Source: Camelus ferus (Eukaryota). From it: a stretch of DNA of 64,000 nucleotides. The notes under the pieces are model-generated. The model was not told the origin of the DNA and did no database searches. It saw only the letters and a program-made list of their open reading frames with translations. The position numbers and the translations under genes were made by a program. The DNA lies in assembly GCF_009834535.1 (NCBI RefSeq), contig NC_045697.1:104968001-105032000 (forward strand), in the 5' to 3' direction. Shown piece after piece: positions 36,521 through 50,719 of the stretch (within the stretch, counting starts at the first letter, position 1; every line of letters begins with the position of its first letter).

Positions 36521-39500
36521 CTCTGCTCAAGTGCGAACACAAGTGCTCAGCAGATGGTCGTCTTCCCTGGAGTTTTCCACGGCCAGTCTTCAGAGATACC
36601 ATGTGCCTTTCAAGCAATATATTGATTCATTCTTTATAAATGTTAAGAATGATTCTTCGTTTTTCCATTAAAGACCGTGGCTAGTTTTATTGTAAAGGAA
36701 TCAGGGTTACGATTTTAATGAAGGAAAAGAAAGAGCCAGAGATGAGTATGGTTTAAACCCAGGACATCTGGGTTTGTTTGGTTATGTTAACTGTAGGCAA
36801 CACTCTTAGGGTAATTTTTATCATGATCCACTGCGACAAAAATGGGCCCTCCTGGAGAAAGGGGAATGCTCATTTTTATGAGCAAAGGGGAGGGGAAACA
36901 ATCATTTTATTTTAGTGTTATATTTATTTTATGATTTGTGCAACCATTGATCTAAATGAACAAATATCTGGCTTTAAAGTTAGCTGCAACGCAGATATCT
37001 CAGGGACCTGATGCCTTGATAAGTTGTTAGAAATGCGTGAACTGAATACAGTCAGGAATTTGATGCTGCCTGAATATACTCAATTTTTGCTGTTATTTTT
37101 CTTTTGTCTGTTCATTCTTAAAAAAATTAAAAAAAAAAAAAGGCAGTATGTTCCTTAGCTTGAAACACCAAAAGATGTAAAATGATACAAAGTGAAAAAT
37201 TGCCATTCAGTCCTATCCACTCATTCCCTGCTCCCTATGGTGCTTGCAGCTCTGTAACCATGAGCCATGTAAGAGGTGGCACCCTTAGTTCCAAAGTTAT
37301 CTAGTAGTGGCAATTTCAATTTTTTTTTTTCATCTAGTGCTTCCAACATAGTAAAGCAAAAGGAGTTTCTTGTCATTTCAACCTGTAGTTTCTTAAGTTC
37401 TTTCCAAGCTGAAATTCCGAATGGATTGCGAACCACTGAATTAGTTGGGTCGGACCATATGAAACCTGCTGTTTGTGTATGTCCAAAATGATTGAATGGC
37501 AGCAGTTTCACGTTCAACCTGAAGTTTCTTATTTTTTCTTTTGGAGTTCTTCATGTATATATAAGCATATATGAATATAGATTTGTATTTACCCACCATA
37601 TACCCAAAAGCTAGTTGTGTAACTTACTTAAAAAGAAAAACTTTAGGTATATCTTGTGTTGCTTTTTATGCCAATACAAAGAGAATACCCTCTCCCTTTT
37701 TCACTGCTGTGTAGTATTCTGAGTTCTGTTGTGTGGGCGTACTCCTAAGAGGCCTTGTATTCTACAGCCAAATGCAAGCAGACGATGCAGGTCCCTTACT
37801 AACCACACACAGGCTTCCAGCCTTTCAATGGTAATAAAAATGTTTCCACAGATATAATACCCATGATATGCTTTTGAATGAATAAAGCAAGTTACAAAAC
37901 AGGATTTCAGAATAACCTCACTTCTAAAGGAAAAGCTGTATAAATACATGTGTAAGTGTAGAAATAAGTCTGGAAGAATATTAACCAGTTATGACAGTGT
38001 TTATCCTTAAGAGGTGAGAGTTTGGTGATTTTCTTCTTTGTACATATCTGTAGTTCTTTTTCCTGTAGTGTATTACTTGTTACATACACACATAAATACA
38101 CATATACATACATACATCATAGACTCATATATATGTGTTTCAGTTACAAAAGTTTCAGCCTAATACTGATGCAATCTGTGCTTGCTATTTGGTGTGTTGG
38201 GTGTAAGATTTTGAAGTAGAATGAAGCAGAGCCCTAGAAAAAAGCATATGGCATCCCGCTAGCATGAGCTGAGGAAAACTTCCTAGGCACCATGTTGAGA
38301 ATGGTGCTTAGAGTTTTCCTGTTAGGTTTCCTGTATCTTTCACCTTCTACCTGGACTGCTCTTGGTCACATTGTCCTAGCATTTTGGGGATCACTGTCAC
38401 TGGAAATACTTAGGCAGCACAGAGTTTTAGTGAGTGGTAGAATTGTTTGTGGTTAATTCTGGATTTAAACTAACCTGGGTTTAAATCCCTGTCCTCTTCT
38501 TACGGTCTTTTATGATCTCAGCAAATTCCCGTAGAAACCTCATGAGTTTGGGTCAATAAATTTTCACATGGCTTTTGCCAAGAACAACTGAATTGATGGC
38601 TATAAACCACCCGATGTTTAGGAAATACTGAAGAACTTTAGCTTATATTTTCTTGAGAAGCTGATGTGTAAAATAGAGAGCTTCAAATACATTGTTGTAT
38701 GTGGTATTCTTTCAAAGAAAATGTAACTTTGTCTTATTTTTGTCCAGCTTAATAAGTAGACTTATTGGTTGCTAGCCACAGTCTTAGTCTGGCAATTAAT
38801 AATGATTTACATTGTTTGGGTGAAAAGAATGGGGTTTGGGGGAAGAGGAGGACAGGTAAATAGCTAGGAGTCTACCAGCCCTCCGAGTCTCAGCTGGACT
38901 GGAGTGTGTTCTGAGCACATTGCTCTAAATTTCCTGAGCTGTCCAAGTGTCAGGTCTTCCTCAGAAGTTTATGGAAGACAGCTTGATTCAGTGTCTGATT
39001 ACTTCTTGGTTCCTAAGGATAACAGTCCGTGGTTGTTACATTTTTTGTTTGTTTATACAGGCAGAAATCTCAGTCTGTAAATAATACCTCAGGACTGTGA
39101 TGACGATAAAAGCCTGCCCTCGGCTTCTTCGCAGAGTAAAGCAATTGGCTTTGACTTCTATTGACATTGCAGCTGAACTGGTCTTACTCACTTTATAATT
39201 GAATTGCTACAGACTTCCATTGACCTTTGTAAGTAGTAGAGGTGGTTCCCGGAGTTGTAACCTAATGCCTGTTAGCTGCTGCTGTACCGTTATAATGAGG
39301 TCTCTGTTTTATGTCATGTGATTAGAACACAGCTGATTCCCTCATTAGCTTTTCCTAGCATACACTTTTGGCTCATCTGAGCCATTCTGTAGCTCTTGGG
39401 GCAAGCATTATGCTTAAATTTTTGTATCTTCAGACAACAGAAAATAAAATCTGCTTTATAATGGCATGGCAATTTCATTACCTCTTTTCATGCCTTAAAG

Positions 39501-40156
39501 GGACAGTTTAGTTTATAGTTCAGGAGTCGACTTTCCTCTCATTGTTTTGGGGGGGATGTATATCTATGTGTACTTTTGATTTATATGAACTTTTGGGACT
39601 GGGGGTGGGAGTCACATTTCCCTTTCCTGGACATGATTTCAAATAAAGAAATTACATTACCCAAGGGAATTATTCTTATCCAGCCACTGACTGTCATTAG
39701 TCTGCATGTTATTTAGCTTTACTGTGGTTCCCATTATGGTTTGTTTTGTTTGATGAGGGCAAAATGGGATGAGAGGAACTGGGACATCTTGCCCCCTACG
39801 CCGCACGACATTGCTTTAACTTGCAGCAGAGCCAAGAATTGGGGTAAGTGGGACTTTAGGAACCTTTCCTTCCACTTGGCAATTATAACCCGTCTCTCAG
39901 TGCACCTCCCACTGCTGTGAAATACAATTAGCTTTCTTTCCTTAATGGGCAGTTGGCAGGGTTAATTTCTTAAACCTCCTCCCCTTTTTTCCCTAATGTA
40001 AGACTTAGGGAGGATTCTCTGATCAAGGACTCTAGACTGTTTTCTCACAGTAATCATTTACCACCTACTACTGCATAGCCAGCAAAGAGGAATGCCCTTT
40101 GCATGGCTTTGCCTTTTTTCTTTTTTAAAGAAAGATACCCAGTTACATTAGCAAAT

Positions 40157-40376
40157 TTTTTAAATATGTGTTTTTATTGAAGTATAATCAGTTTATAGTG
40201 TTTTCAGTTTCTGGTACAGCATAATGCTTCAGTCATACGTGAACATACATATATTCATTTTCGTATTCTTTTTTATTATAAGTTACTACAAGATAGTGAA
40301 TATAGTTCCCTGTGCTGTACTGTATGAACTTGTTTATTTTATATATATGAGTATCTACAAATCTTGAACTCCCAAT
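40157..40376 (-). mobile_element. Short young L1 3' end
   Basis: ttttattgaagtataatcagtttatagtg...ttgaactcccaat. TSD ttac(a/g)ttagcaa at 40143-40154 and 40377-40388. Confidence 0.87.
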
Positions 40377-42549
40377 TTACGTTAGCAATTTTAAAAGTTC
40401 AATTTTAAAGTCAAACTTTGAGTTTCCTAACCTATCTTTATTATTTAAATTAATGTAAGGAAGGAATTAAGTGTGTGTGTATACTTTTCCAGTTCATGAA
40501 AACTCATGTATAAAATAATATGACATAACTCTTCTGGCCTGTGTTTCGAGAAAGGTAAGAATAAATATCTGGCCTAAAAAATGAATCAACTTTAATTTTT
40601 ATCTTGCTTTGGGCTCTTTCTCTTTCTGTAGATTTTACCTGTTTGTGCCTCATAAAGCAGTTCCTTGGCCATTTTCGTTGAAGTAGACCAGCATATGGAA
40701 AGATGTGTAGGGAGGGCCGGGTTCTCTTTGGCTGGATAGGTATGAATTTGGTTTGGGATCTGATCCTGACCCTTCTCAGCCTTGCTGCTCACAGGCTGCT
40801 CTGCCGGGCGCTGGTCTTTCCATGTGCGCACTGCAGCTTGTAGTTAGAGAAGCCAGTAGAACTCTGTGAGGTTCTGGCCGAGTATCTGAGTAGGTTGTGA
40901 AGAAACAGGCCTGTTCACTTTTCTTCAGCAATCAAGGAGTGGGCCGCTTGTACAAAACCAGTCTTAGATAATGCAGCTAGGCAAGACAGGCTGTCCTTCT
41001 TTGTGGTAGTAAATTTGAGCATCTGGTCACCCTGGTATCTGCAAGTCAGTAATTACGGGGATGCTAACGCTAAAGACCAGATGCAAAAACAAAACGCTGG
41101 ACAAAACTGTAATCCTCCCTTTGGAGCAGTAGTGAGTGAAGTCGTGTTCTGGAGGTCTTGCTCCTTTACTTGGGGGTGGAACTCTTGAATGTTTCATTGT
41201 CTACAACAGTTTCACTCAGTCATTTGAAGGCAAGGAGACGTTCATTACGATGTACTTCCAAGACTTAGGTAGGAAAAGTGAGGCCACGGATGACTTGAGT
41301 GTTCTTGAGTGTCCTTGTTAAAGCAGGATTCTGTCCTGGAGGGGTTTGTGTTCCCATCCAGCATGACAGTTCTAAGATGAGTTAAGTAGTATACTGGTCT
41401 GTATTAACCACATTTTAGGGTCCAGCACTGCATAGTGCGTGCTCCCCTTCCCGTGCACCAGATCATTAGAGAAGATCATAGATCTAGTTGTATCCTTTGA
41501 CTTCTATCAGCCTTAAAATGCCATTGTTGGCCCCCCCCCCCATCCCTTCTGCTGTGTTGACTTTGTGAACATTGGTGGGAAAGTGTTTTCTTTCTACTGT
41601 TTCGTATATCTGAACTTTCTTACCAGCTCCTAGACAGATTGAGCTTTATAGAGGCCACTTCCATTTTTATTGTTCAGCGTTGGGTTTTATTTACAATGTC
41701 AAGTCCAACAGCAATTGAGCAGGGAGGAGGGAAAACATAAGTTTTGGTTCATTCTAGTGTACCCTAGTCAGTGCAGTAATTAGAACTAGTTTTTGATGTG
41801 ATGAAGTAAAGCAACTCAGACTTTATTTGAACAGAATGGAAATGATGTCAGAGTGTCTGTGAAATGAGTTTGGGAGAGTTTGTCTTGATACTAGTCACTC
41901 TTCCTTTTCAGTACCCTCTATGTCCTGGGTGACATTAGGAGGAAAGATCGCTATGGCTCGAAGGAGATTTTATTGATGTCATAATATCTGCCACATGATG
42001 GAAACTAGGGCGGCATGGCTATTTTCTGCTTGGATCAAAGGTTGTATTTTGAACAGGCTTATATAAGTTAGCAAAACAAACACAACTCTCCTCCTGCTGC
42101 AGCATTTCCTGCTCCCCTCCCAGTTTTAGCCCCTTCCCATCAGTTTCATTCCCAGAGCCATTAGTCTGTCCGCTACTGTGCCCCGTCCCCAGACATGCTT
42201 TTTCTTGAGGATTCCCTGCAGGCTGCACCCTTTTCAGCTTCAGACACGAGGCCTAAATTTTTGGTGCTCAAGTCTTCCGTGGTTACAGCATCATTAGAGC
42301 AGTCACACCAAATGGGCAGAGAAGACATTGAAAGTCTCTAAGCAAGGTGTTGTTGGTTATTATTGTGCAGCCCCATTTAAAACACAGGAAATGCAGAATG
42401 ACAGGAGGATAATTATAATGTGAAATGACAAGGGAATGAATCCAGGTGCAAGGGGTGAGGGGCATGGGGCGGGTGTCGTCACAACAGCTCTGTTCGCCCC
42501 ATGCTGGGGAAAGGTTCCACCTAGTTTTGGTTGAAGCCACCCTCAGAAG

Positions 42550-44700
42550 TAAAGTAGATCATGTTTAGCCTTGAGATTTATTTTTCTGTACTTATGTATT
42601 GAGTTTTTATATGTCAAGTCATATTTTCTCATCAATTTCCACTGTGATTTTGGAGATTTCTTTTTCCTCCAGAAAGTCTTATATACTGGTAAATAATGAA
42701 AATAATAGTTAAGAATATTAGCTTTTCATTTTATGGATAACCTGTGTATATTAATTATGGTATACAAGTAATCCCTGTTGAATGAGGACACTAAAGTATA
42801 AAAGACATCAAATATATTTTAGTACATTCTAATTTTGAGAGTTTACCCTGACTGAATTTAATTTGAATTGAATATTTATGAATTTATTAAATATGAATTG
42901 AATATTTAAACACTTGTGATGACCCTTTGACTATCAATATTTAGGAAAATTGTCTATTTAAATATGGCATAAAAGTGTTCTAATTTTTCTTTATTTCCTA
43001 ATAAATATTTTAGCGCTAAAAAATTCTCCTTGGTATTATGGTGCCATGTTTCACAAATTTTGTTATAAAATGTCTTTGTCATTGAGTTCTACACCTTAAT
43101 TTGCATTATGACTTTCTATTTAGCCATGTTTCGTTTACCAGCATATAAAATTGAAAAATCTGTCCTTTTGTTTATTAAATTCTAAGTATTTTGTAGTTTC
43201 AGTCTGAGAAGAGAGTATGTATAATAGTCGTCCTTCAAAACATTTTCCTCAAAAATATTTGTTCTTGAAGACTGTCCTTTTTTATTGCAAGGTGCTGTGC
43301 ATGTGTGTGCATAAAGCAGGCAGCCTTGTACTGTTGACTACAGATATGTCTCTCTCTCTCTTTTTCTTTTTCTTTTTTTTTTTTTTCCTTTTTGGAAAGG
43401 GGCTCCCTAATAGCAGTGCCTGAGAAGTGTGTGTTAAAATCTCCAATTACACCAGTTGATTTTCCTGCTTTCCCTTACAGTTCTGTCTGCTGCTTGAGGC
43501 TGTGTCATTAGGTGCTTATCTTCATGTTCTGTTGCCTTGCCCCTTTATCAGTGCAAAATGATTCTCTTTGTCTCTTGTGTAATTTATTAAGATAATTATC
43601 TTTATTTTGGTTTATATTTGTCTAAGATAGCTTCACATTTTTTTTATTTTCAACCTTTGTTTGTCTTTTTGTTTTAAGCTTGTTTCTTGTCGTTGACATG
43701 TTATTGGAATTAAAAATACATTTGGAGAATCACTGTCTTTTAATTGGTGAGTTTAATGCATTTATACATATTGTAATTACCATTATGTTAGAATTTCTGT
43801 CATTTTATAATTTTTGTTTAATAATTTTGATAACTTATTTTTCCTTTCCTCCTTTTTCTTTACACAAGCAACTATTATGCTGTTTCTAATAATGTATATT
43901 CTGTGTTTGTTTCTAAGGTGGTTGCCTTTATTTTGAGATTTATAATCTCATTTATCTGTTGACTTCTTAAACTCAACTGTGTTTCTCTCTTTATCTCTAG
44001 TAAGATAAATAAATAATGGAGTGTCATCTTTTGTGGGCTATCTACTCATACCATGTTGATATTTTCTAGATTCTGGACCATTTTGGGTTCTTTTTTCTCC
44101 CTTTTCTTTTGCCCTAGAGTTTTTAGAAGACAGCAGTAGACATTGAAAATCTCGTATTGTTTCTTTTATGTAAATACTTGAAGCCTGCTTTCTAAGAGTG
44201 TTACCACTATAGGTTTTACGTAGCAAACCCTGGGTGTTTTTATGTCTAATGTGTTCATTGTGCCCTCACGTTTGAACAGCAGTTTGGCAGTTTGAATATG
44301 CAGTTCTACACTCAAAATTCTTCTCCTTCAGTATTGGAGAGATACGACTTCAGAATTGTTGTAAATTCAGATTTGCTGTTGAGAACTCTGATGTCAATCT
44401 GGGTCCTTTTTTTTTTTTTTTTTAAGTATGATCTGCTCTGTCAGGAGGCCTTTTTTTCTTTGTATTTGATATTAAATTTCACAGCAATGTACCTCATGTG
44501 CAGCGTTTTCTTTATTTCCCTGTTTGATGCTCGGAGTCATTTAGATTGAAGTCCTTGAGGTTCTTTCATTTTGTGCAATTGGTCATCCTTTCTTTAAATA
44601 TTTCTTCTCAATGTATTTCTTCTTCTGGGCAATTTTACTTCTATTTTACATATTACAAACCTCTAAATCTCTGAATTTTTTTCTTTGTTGTTGATGTTGA
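42550..44700 (-). mobile_element. Ancient decayed L1 (L1M/L1ME-type) remnant
   Basis: T-rich strand with gtgtgttaaaatctccaattac, ctgtcttttaattggtgagtttaatgcatttatacatattgtaattac, tttgctgttgagaactctgatgtcaatct. Boundaries approximate. Confidence 0.6.
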
Positions 44701-46644
44701 GTTTGCTGTCTTAGTTTTCTTTGTGTTCTTAGAAGTTAAAGTTAGTGGTAAGTCCATGGTGAGGGGGGATTTTGTGTGGGTACTTGCATTTATGATGACC
44801 TGGAGCCTCTTTCTCTTCCTTCTTTCTTTTTTCTACTCCCTCTCCAGCTCTTGCCTCTGCCAGGCACACCAGATCGAACCAGGTGCTTTGGTTCAGAACC
44901 AGCTATTAATCCTGTGCTTAACTCTCATCCCAGGGACAGGAGTGGGTGGACGTATCAGACCCATTTCACCAGGCAAGTGGGGAGCTTTGTCATAGATTTG
45001 TGGCCTCCATTGAGTATGGGGAGCATCTCTTCACCCTGGTTCCACGTGGGGATCCTGTTTCTACCTTGACCCATGCCTGGTGTGTTGTAGGTGTACTGGC
45101 CCAGTGGCACCACAGGATTTCAACGTCTGCTGGTTCTGCTGCTTTTGATGAGTCCTGGAGCCAGGAGACTTTTGGCTTGTGCTGCTGCTGAGCTCTGAAA
45201 CCATTTCCTTCTCTTTCACGGAGATACGTAACAAGTTTTCAAGTGCCGTTACAGTTTTTAATTTATCTTTTGAGTGTCTTTAAAAAATTTTTTTTTGTTG
45301 TGGTTGTTGGTCATATGTGTGGGGAGAGGTGGGTTTCCACTTAAAATTTCATTGTCACTTTGACTGGAAATTTCCTGACTGACCTTAATTGTAAAAGTGT
45401 TACTGTGTGTTGTTATAAATGGAGTTACTTTGTTCTCAGTAACTCTGACTTTGATCCTAATGACCAGCTGTTTGATGTTTAGAAGCCTCTAAGGTCATTC
45501 TGACCCGATGGGAGGCGTATCTGTGTGTCTGTGGAACTGCAGAGGGTCTGCGGTTGTCTTCCATTTGACCCAATACCTAACTCTGGAGTTATTAGAATTA
45601 AGTTCAACTAATGCATTCGATCTTTTCTCTCGTTTCCTTTCTTTGTTCTTTCCTCTTTTCGGTCCCTTTTCCTTTTCTTTCTTTCTTCTGCTAATTCATA
45701 AGCCAGGGTGTTTGAGAGAGGGCATCGTGGACTAGCCTTACTAGTGGAGACAGCCCATCTCTGAGAAATTTTCCAAACTGTCTTCAAACATTCAAACACG
45801 CTAGGCTAAGTAGAGAACAACAGGTAGGGAGGCAAGAGAGCTCTCTCTGACTCCATAACGGCTGGAAAGTGTATCTGCGGGGAGGACAAAGAAGATATGA
45901 ACACAAGGGGAGGGCAGCTCTCAGCCTTGGGCCTTCCAGCAGTGCCGCAGCAGCTGCGTTTCCCTGAAATGAGCAGAAGGCGAGTGGAGCGCATTGCTTG
46001 TCACCATCAGAACAAGAACGCCCAGCTAACTAGAGTAAAAGTGTATCAGCATGTTAAAATGTAGGCGATAAGCATGCTCCGTATTGTTAGCTATGGTGCA
46101 ATGATCAAATGCATGTTCCGTCTGCCTGTTCAGCTTTCTGCCAGTCGTTCCAGCTTGTGTCAGTCTCTCATGGAAACGAAACACTTGTGCTCGTGCTTAG
46201 GGTCATAAGGAAATCAGACTAAATGCTGAAATCTAGTAGCTGGCGTGAAAGGCACACTCTCTTCAATACTTTTTTTTTTTTGTCTATTTTTTTTTTTTAA
46301 TGAGAATCTATGTCTGTTGGGATGACAAGAGAGAATCCGAAATACTTGCAAGACAACACCTCTCTCTATTTACCATGATAACAGCAATAACCACGGCCAC
46401 CAGTAGGGAGAAGCCCGCTCCTTATGCTGAGGTTTCTCTGGGGCTTTCTTACATTTCTCCATCTTCCCCTTTGCTCTGTCCATCCGATCCCACAACTTCA
46501 GCTCTAACCACGTGCCTCTTACATCAGTGAAACTGCCCCAGAGCCCTGGGGCCGAATAAGCAGCTCTCCTCTGGACATCGTCCCCGGATCTGTTACTGAC
46601 AGCTCAGCCCCAGCATGTCTGCAACCCCGTTTGCTCCTTGTTTT

Positions 46645-46823
46645 ATTTTTTCCCATTTTTATAATTGCAGTATAGTTGATTTACGATGCTGTCAATCGTA
46701 AATTAGTTTCTGGTATATAGCATAATGATTTGGTTTTATATATGTAATATATATATGTAATACTCCTTTCCATATTCTTTTTCATTACTACAAGCCATTG
46801 AATAGTTCCCTGTGTTGTTTATC
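46645..46823 (-). mobile_element. Short young L1 3' end
   Basis: attgcagtatagttgatttacgatg...aatagttccctgtgttgtttatc. Perfect TSD ttgctccttgtttt at 46631-46644 and 46824-46837. Confidence 0.88.
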
Positions 46824-49800
46824 TTGCTCCTTGTTTTTCATTCCCTGTTTCAATCGATAATTCACCGTTCACCCAGTTTCCTAAGCCAAGAACTTGAGGC
46901 TCATGGTAGGTTCCTCTTTCACCCTTCACCTCTGCTCACAGAGTTCTGATAGCTGTAATACCTGAATATCTCTTGCATCGATTCTTTTGATAGTATTACT
47001 TTGCTGCTTAATCCCTGCAATGACTTCCTAATCCCCAGAGCACAAATCCGGATGCCTCAGTGAGATATGGAAAGCTCCACCCACCTTCTGCTATGATGTC
47101 TTTACCTGGCTATCTTCTGCCCCTTCGGCTTGGGGACCGATTCCTCACCTTTGTAACTCGGCATCCACTGTGTACCTTGTGTGTGGAAGCTCAGTAAAGG
47201 CTGGTTGATTAAAGAGAGATGAGGCTTGATCCTCAGAAACTGTGCAGATTTTGTGACAGTTGTTTGAGGTTTATAGATTTCACCTCCTCCCCTCCCCTTG
47301 CCTTTTCTTAATTCCTAGAGGCATTGGCTTTTCAATTTCTCGATCTTTTCTGTGACAGTGTGTTCACAGTCAGTAGTTCCTGAAAGCCTCCTGATTTGCC
47401 TGGCACTGTGTTGTGTTCTCTAAAGATTACCAAGATGAGATACGGTCTTCACCCTTTAAAGATGCATCACAGAGATGGAGAGCTAAAACCAGGTCATGAA
47501 ACCATTCATAGACACTGCCATGTAAACTTGATTGCTGCTTGCAGTTGTGAGAAAAGAGAACCCACAGAAAAGGTGGTTGGCGAGCGCTTGGTGGGGAAGG
47601 TGGGAGTGGAGCTGGATGTGGCGAGAAAGCCATTTTCTTTTCTGGATGATGGTGCTTCTATCTCGTGAGTGTCTTACCTTGGAGTCTGTTTACAGTGACA
47701 GTCCTTCAGCCCCATTTTTGTTCCCATACCCGGAACAGCCTTGTTACTCGTAGGTGACGTGTCTGGCTGTGGGTGCCTGTGAAAGGGTAGCACCTAAGGA
47801 AAGCAGTTGTGTGACGCTCCAAAGAAGCCAAAGGTGACAAATGATGAGTGTGCCTGACGTTAATTCTCAAATGCAAGTTCGTTTCACAGGATTGAAAAAT
47901 CTTTATTACCTAAATTGTCAAACATAGAACTTTTTTTTTGAAGCTTGATTATTTTCAGACTAGTTCAAAAGAAGTCATTTGATTTTGATGAACTGAAGTT
48001 TTAGAATACTTAACTGTTAGTTGCCTGATATTAGTGTTTCTTCAAATTCAATGATTCTCTAGTTGGTAAGCTCATTCCTGAGCCATGAGAGGAGAAGGAA
48101 TTTGGGGACACAGAAAGCAGTAAAGCAGGCTGAGGGATCTCTTCATCTGATGAGTTTGTGCAAACCTGTTCCTTCTCTCTGTATTCTTTTCACTTGAGGC
48201 TTCAGATTGCCACTCCTTGGCAGAAAGGAAGAGAGAAATTCTCTTACTAGCGTGTGAGTGAATGTGCTGAATGAGTTCGTGCTGTGGCAGTCTGCTTGGG
48301 GACAGGACTGGGGGTGGTGTTGGGGAGTGTGCGTATCTGGTTGCGAAAACATTTCAGGGACCTTTTGAAAGGAACCTTAGACCTTGGGCTCGACTTCCCC
48401 AAAGCTGCTGCTCACTGACAGGTTTCTCCCTGGAGGAGTGAGTTGGGGACTAGCTGGGCCCAGACTCTTATCAGCTGCTTTCCCCGTGTCATGTCTGGCC
48501 CCAGAGACAGGGCCCGAGGCCCAGGATGCAGAGGGCTGGCATCCAGCCTCCTGCAGCCAGGAGAATGCTGGCGTGTGACTCACTGTGGGGGTTGTCCTGT
48601 TCTGCTTCAGAACCAGCCATATTTTGCAGCTTCCAGACAAGCCCTGAATCAGCAGCTGTTGTGTAGCTGAACATTCAGGAGTTTCCCCGGGTTACATGTG
48701 AGACCATCTTAGTTTCAAAGGGTGTCATTGCCCAGATGACCGAGGGGCACAGGCCAGGGGCCAGGAAAACCTTTGTTCTTGGGCTCGTTTGCAGAAGAGA
48801 ACTGGATGAATTGAGCTATCCAGGCCCTGAGGGAGAAGCCGCCTTTGTTTCAAAGTGGACTGTATCCCAGAAGGAAAAGAAGTCAACAAGAAATCGTAGT
48901 GGTCTGTCAGTGGGTTTCAGGTCATTTGCCTGAGAATTAGCCATTCTGTTTGGGGCTGGATTATTTCAGTTAGCTAAATACCTTTGGGGTGGAGGGCTAT
49001 AGAAACAGGGACTTGACTGAAAGAGGAAACATGCAGTTCTCTGGACTGTGTGCCTGTGAACAGGGACAGGGCAAGGCTTATAGAGACGTGGGCTGGGACA
49101 AGACCTGCCCACAGAGAGTGTGCTCACCTCTTGTGCCGCCAGATGTCTCTCCCTGACATGTGCTTAGAAAATGGAAGCTCTGAAGACTCTCCTTTACCAC
49201 AATCTTCTGCACAGGGTCATGCATCCCCCCAGCTGCTTCTGTAAAGAATCCCTTCTTCAGCCATCACCACCGCCTCTCATTCCTACCTGCCTGAATCCAG
49301 CTTTTCTAGATCTCACTTGGAAGGTTCTTTTAGCCTTAGTTGTAAGCTGGGTCAGAGTCAAGGAAGAATTATTTTCTACAGTCAGTTTTCAAGGTTAGTA
49401 TCTCAGGGTGGAGCTCACTCAGAGCCCAGTGTTTCTCTTGGGCTCTGTGATCAGTAGACTTGAAGTCCATCTAAGACAGTCTTTGGAGAGCAGGAGCCTT
49501 GCTGTTGTTGGCGCTCATGCAGGCTCTGTTTCTGGGACAGAGGGCTGAGGAAGAAGGAAGGTTTCATCAGCTAGAAGCTGTGTGGGGCTGGGTCATGTGT
49601 GTCATCTGGTTCCATGGTGGTTTGTTGAACAACAGTTAGGACCCGTCATTTATAAAATCCAGGCCGAGGCGGCGCTGTCTTAGTAAGTTGCTGCTTCCGT
49701 AAGACACCCCGGAGCAGTCACTATGTAACGGGGACTGTCACTTTGGCTGAAGGCTCCAAGCTTCAATGGGGACTTCAGGTGCGTTGGTGGCAGCCAGGAG

Positions 49801-50559
49801 AACTGCAAAAGCCAGAAGAGCAGTTGAGGGAAATGGCTGCTCTTGGGAGCTCTTCTCCATCTTCTACCCAAGCCCATAGTGTGCATGAATGATACTCAAC
49901 ATATTTTATAAAATGATCCTCTTTGAGTGAATAACTCATGCAACCCATTTAAGAAATGCTTTTAAGTTTTGGTTTAAAGTCATCCCCTGCAGTCACTGTA
50001 GGTTCTTGTAGAACCTCCTCCCTAATATTCACAGGAACATGGAAGTTCCTCTGTGTCCCGGATTTAACAAATTGGGCTGTTAAATCATCATCCGAGACAT
50101 CGGCTCAGAAGACCAGGTCCCTTGCAAGTTGTTTGATTTGTTATGTGCCGGGTGGAGACCAGCAGTGGCTTAAAGACTAGAAAGCGAGAGGCTGGACTCC
50201 GCAGGGCTGGTACACTGCTCTGAGTGGCTCTCAAGGTTGTCATTGACTTATGTCTGTGCTCCTTATAGAGCAGGGAGTCGTTGGGGCCACCATGAAAGCA
50301 TTTCATCTTCCATCTTGTCTGATTTGCATTATTTTCTTCTTGTGGGGAAAACACTCCTCACTGTGTATTGTCTATGATTTATTTTAAGCATCTTTGGTTA
50401 AAAAATAAATCAACAACAGAATCCTTAAAGATAGGACACCAACATACTCTCAGACTGAACTGTAAATGTAATTTTGAATATAATTTGATTGACCAATCAA
50501 GCGATGCCGCGTACTTGTTTGTGGTTGTGTGAAAGTTGATGCCTTTTTCTCCTCCCTAG

Positions 50560-50719
50560 GTGACAACCCCAGTCTTCTCAAGGAGGACACCCCTCCCAGC
50601 AGCCTGGACTCACTTTCCTCCCCGTCTCCCACGATGGCCGCTGCCTACGGGCCTCCCGGACCAGACAGAAATCACCTTCTGGCAGATGGGGGCAGCTTTG
50701 GGGACTGGGTGTCCACTGT
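50560..50719 (+). CDS. ARHGAP10: ARHGAP10 internal coding exon (160 nt, phase 1 to phase 2), encodes (G)DNPSLLKEDTPPSSLDSLSSPSPTMAAAYGPPGPDRNHLLADGGSFGDWVST(V)
   Basis: Acceptor gcctttttctcctccctAG|GT at 50558-59 and donor TGT|GTAAGT at 50720. G from the previous exon plus GT gives Gly. The peptide matches recalled human ARHGAP10 DNPYPSKEDTPTSSLDSLSSPSP...GPPGPDKNHLLADGGSFGDWAST. Confidence 0.96.

Larger units (their letters stand above)
24089..50559 (+). other. ARHGAP10: ARHGAP10 GT-AG intron (26,471 nt) between the two exons; 1-23937 and 50720-64000 are also intronic
   Basis: Canonical GT...AG boundaries with compatible phases. No other ARHGAP10-like peptide (RhoGAP or SH3) is visible in the window. 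Confidence 0.9.
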
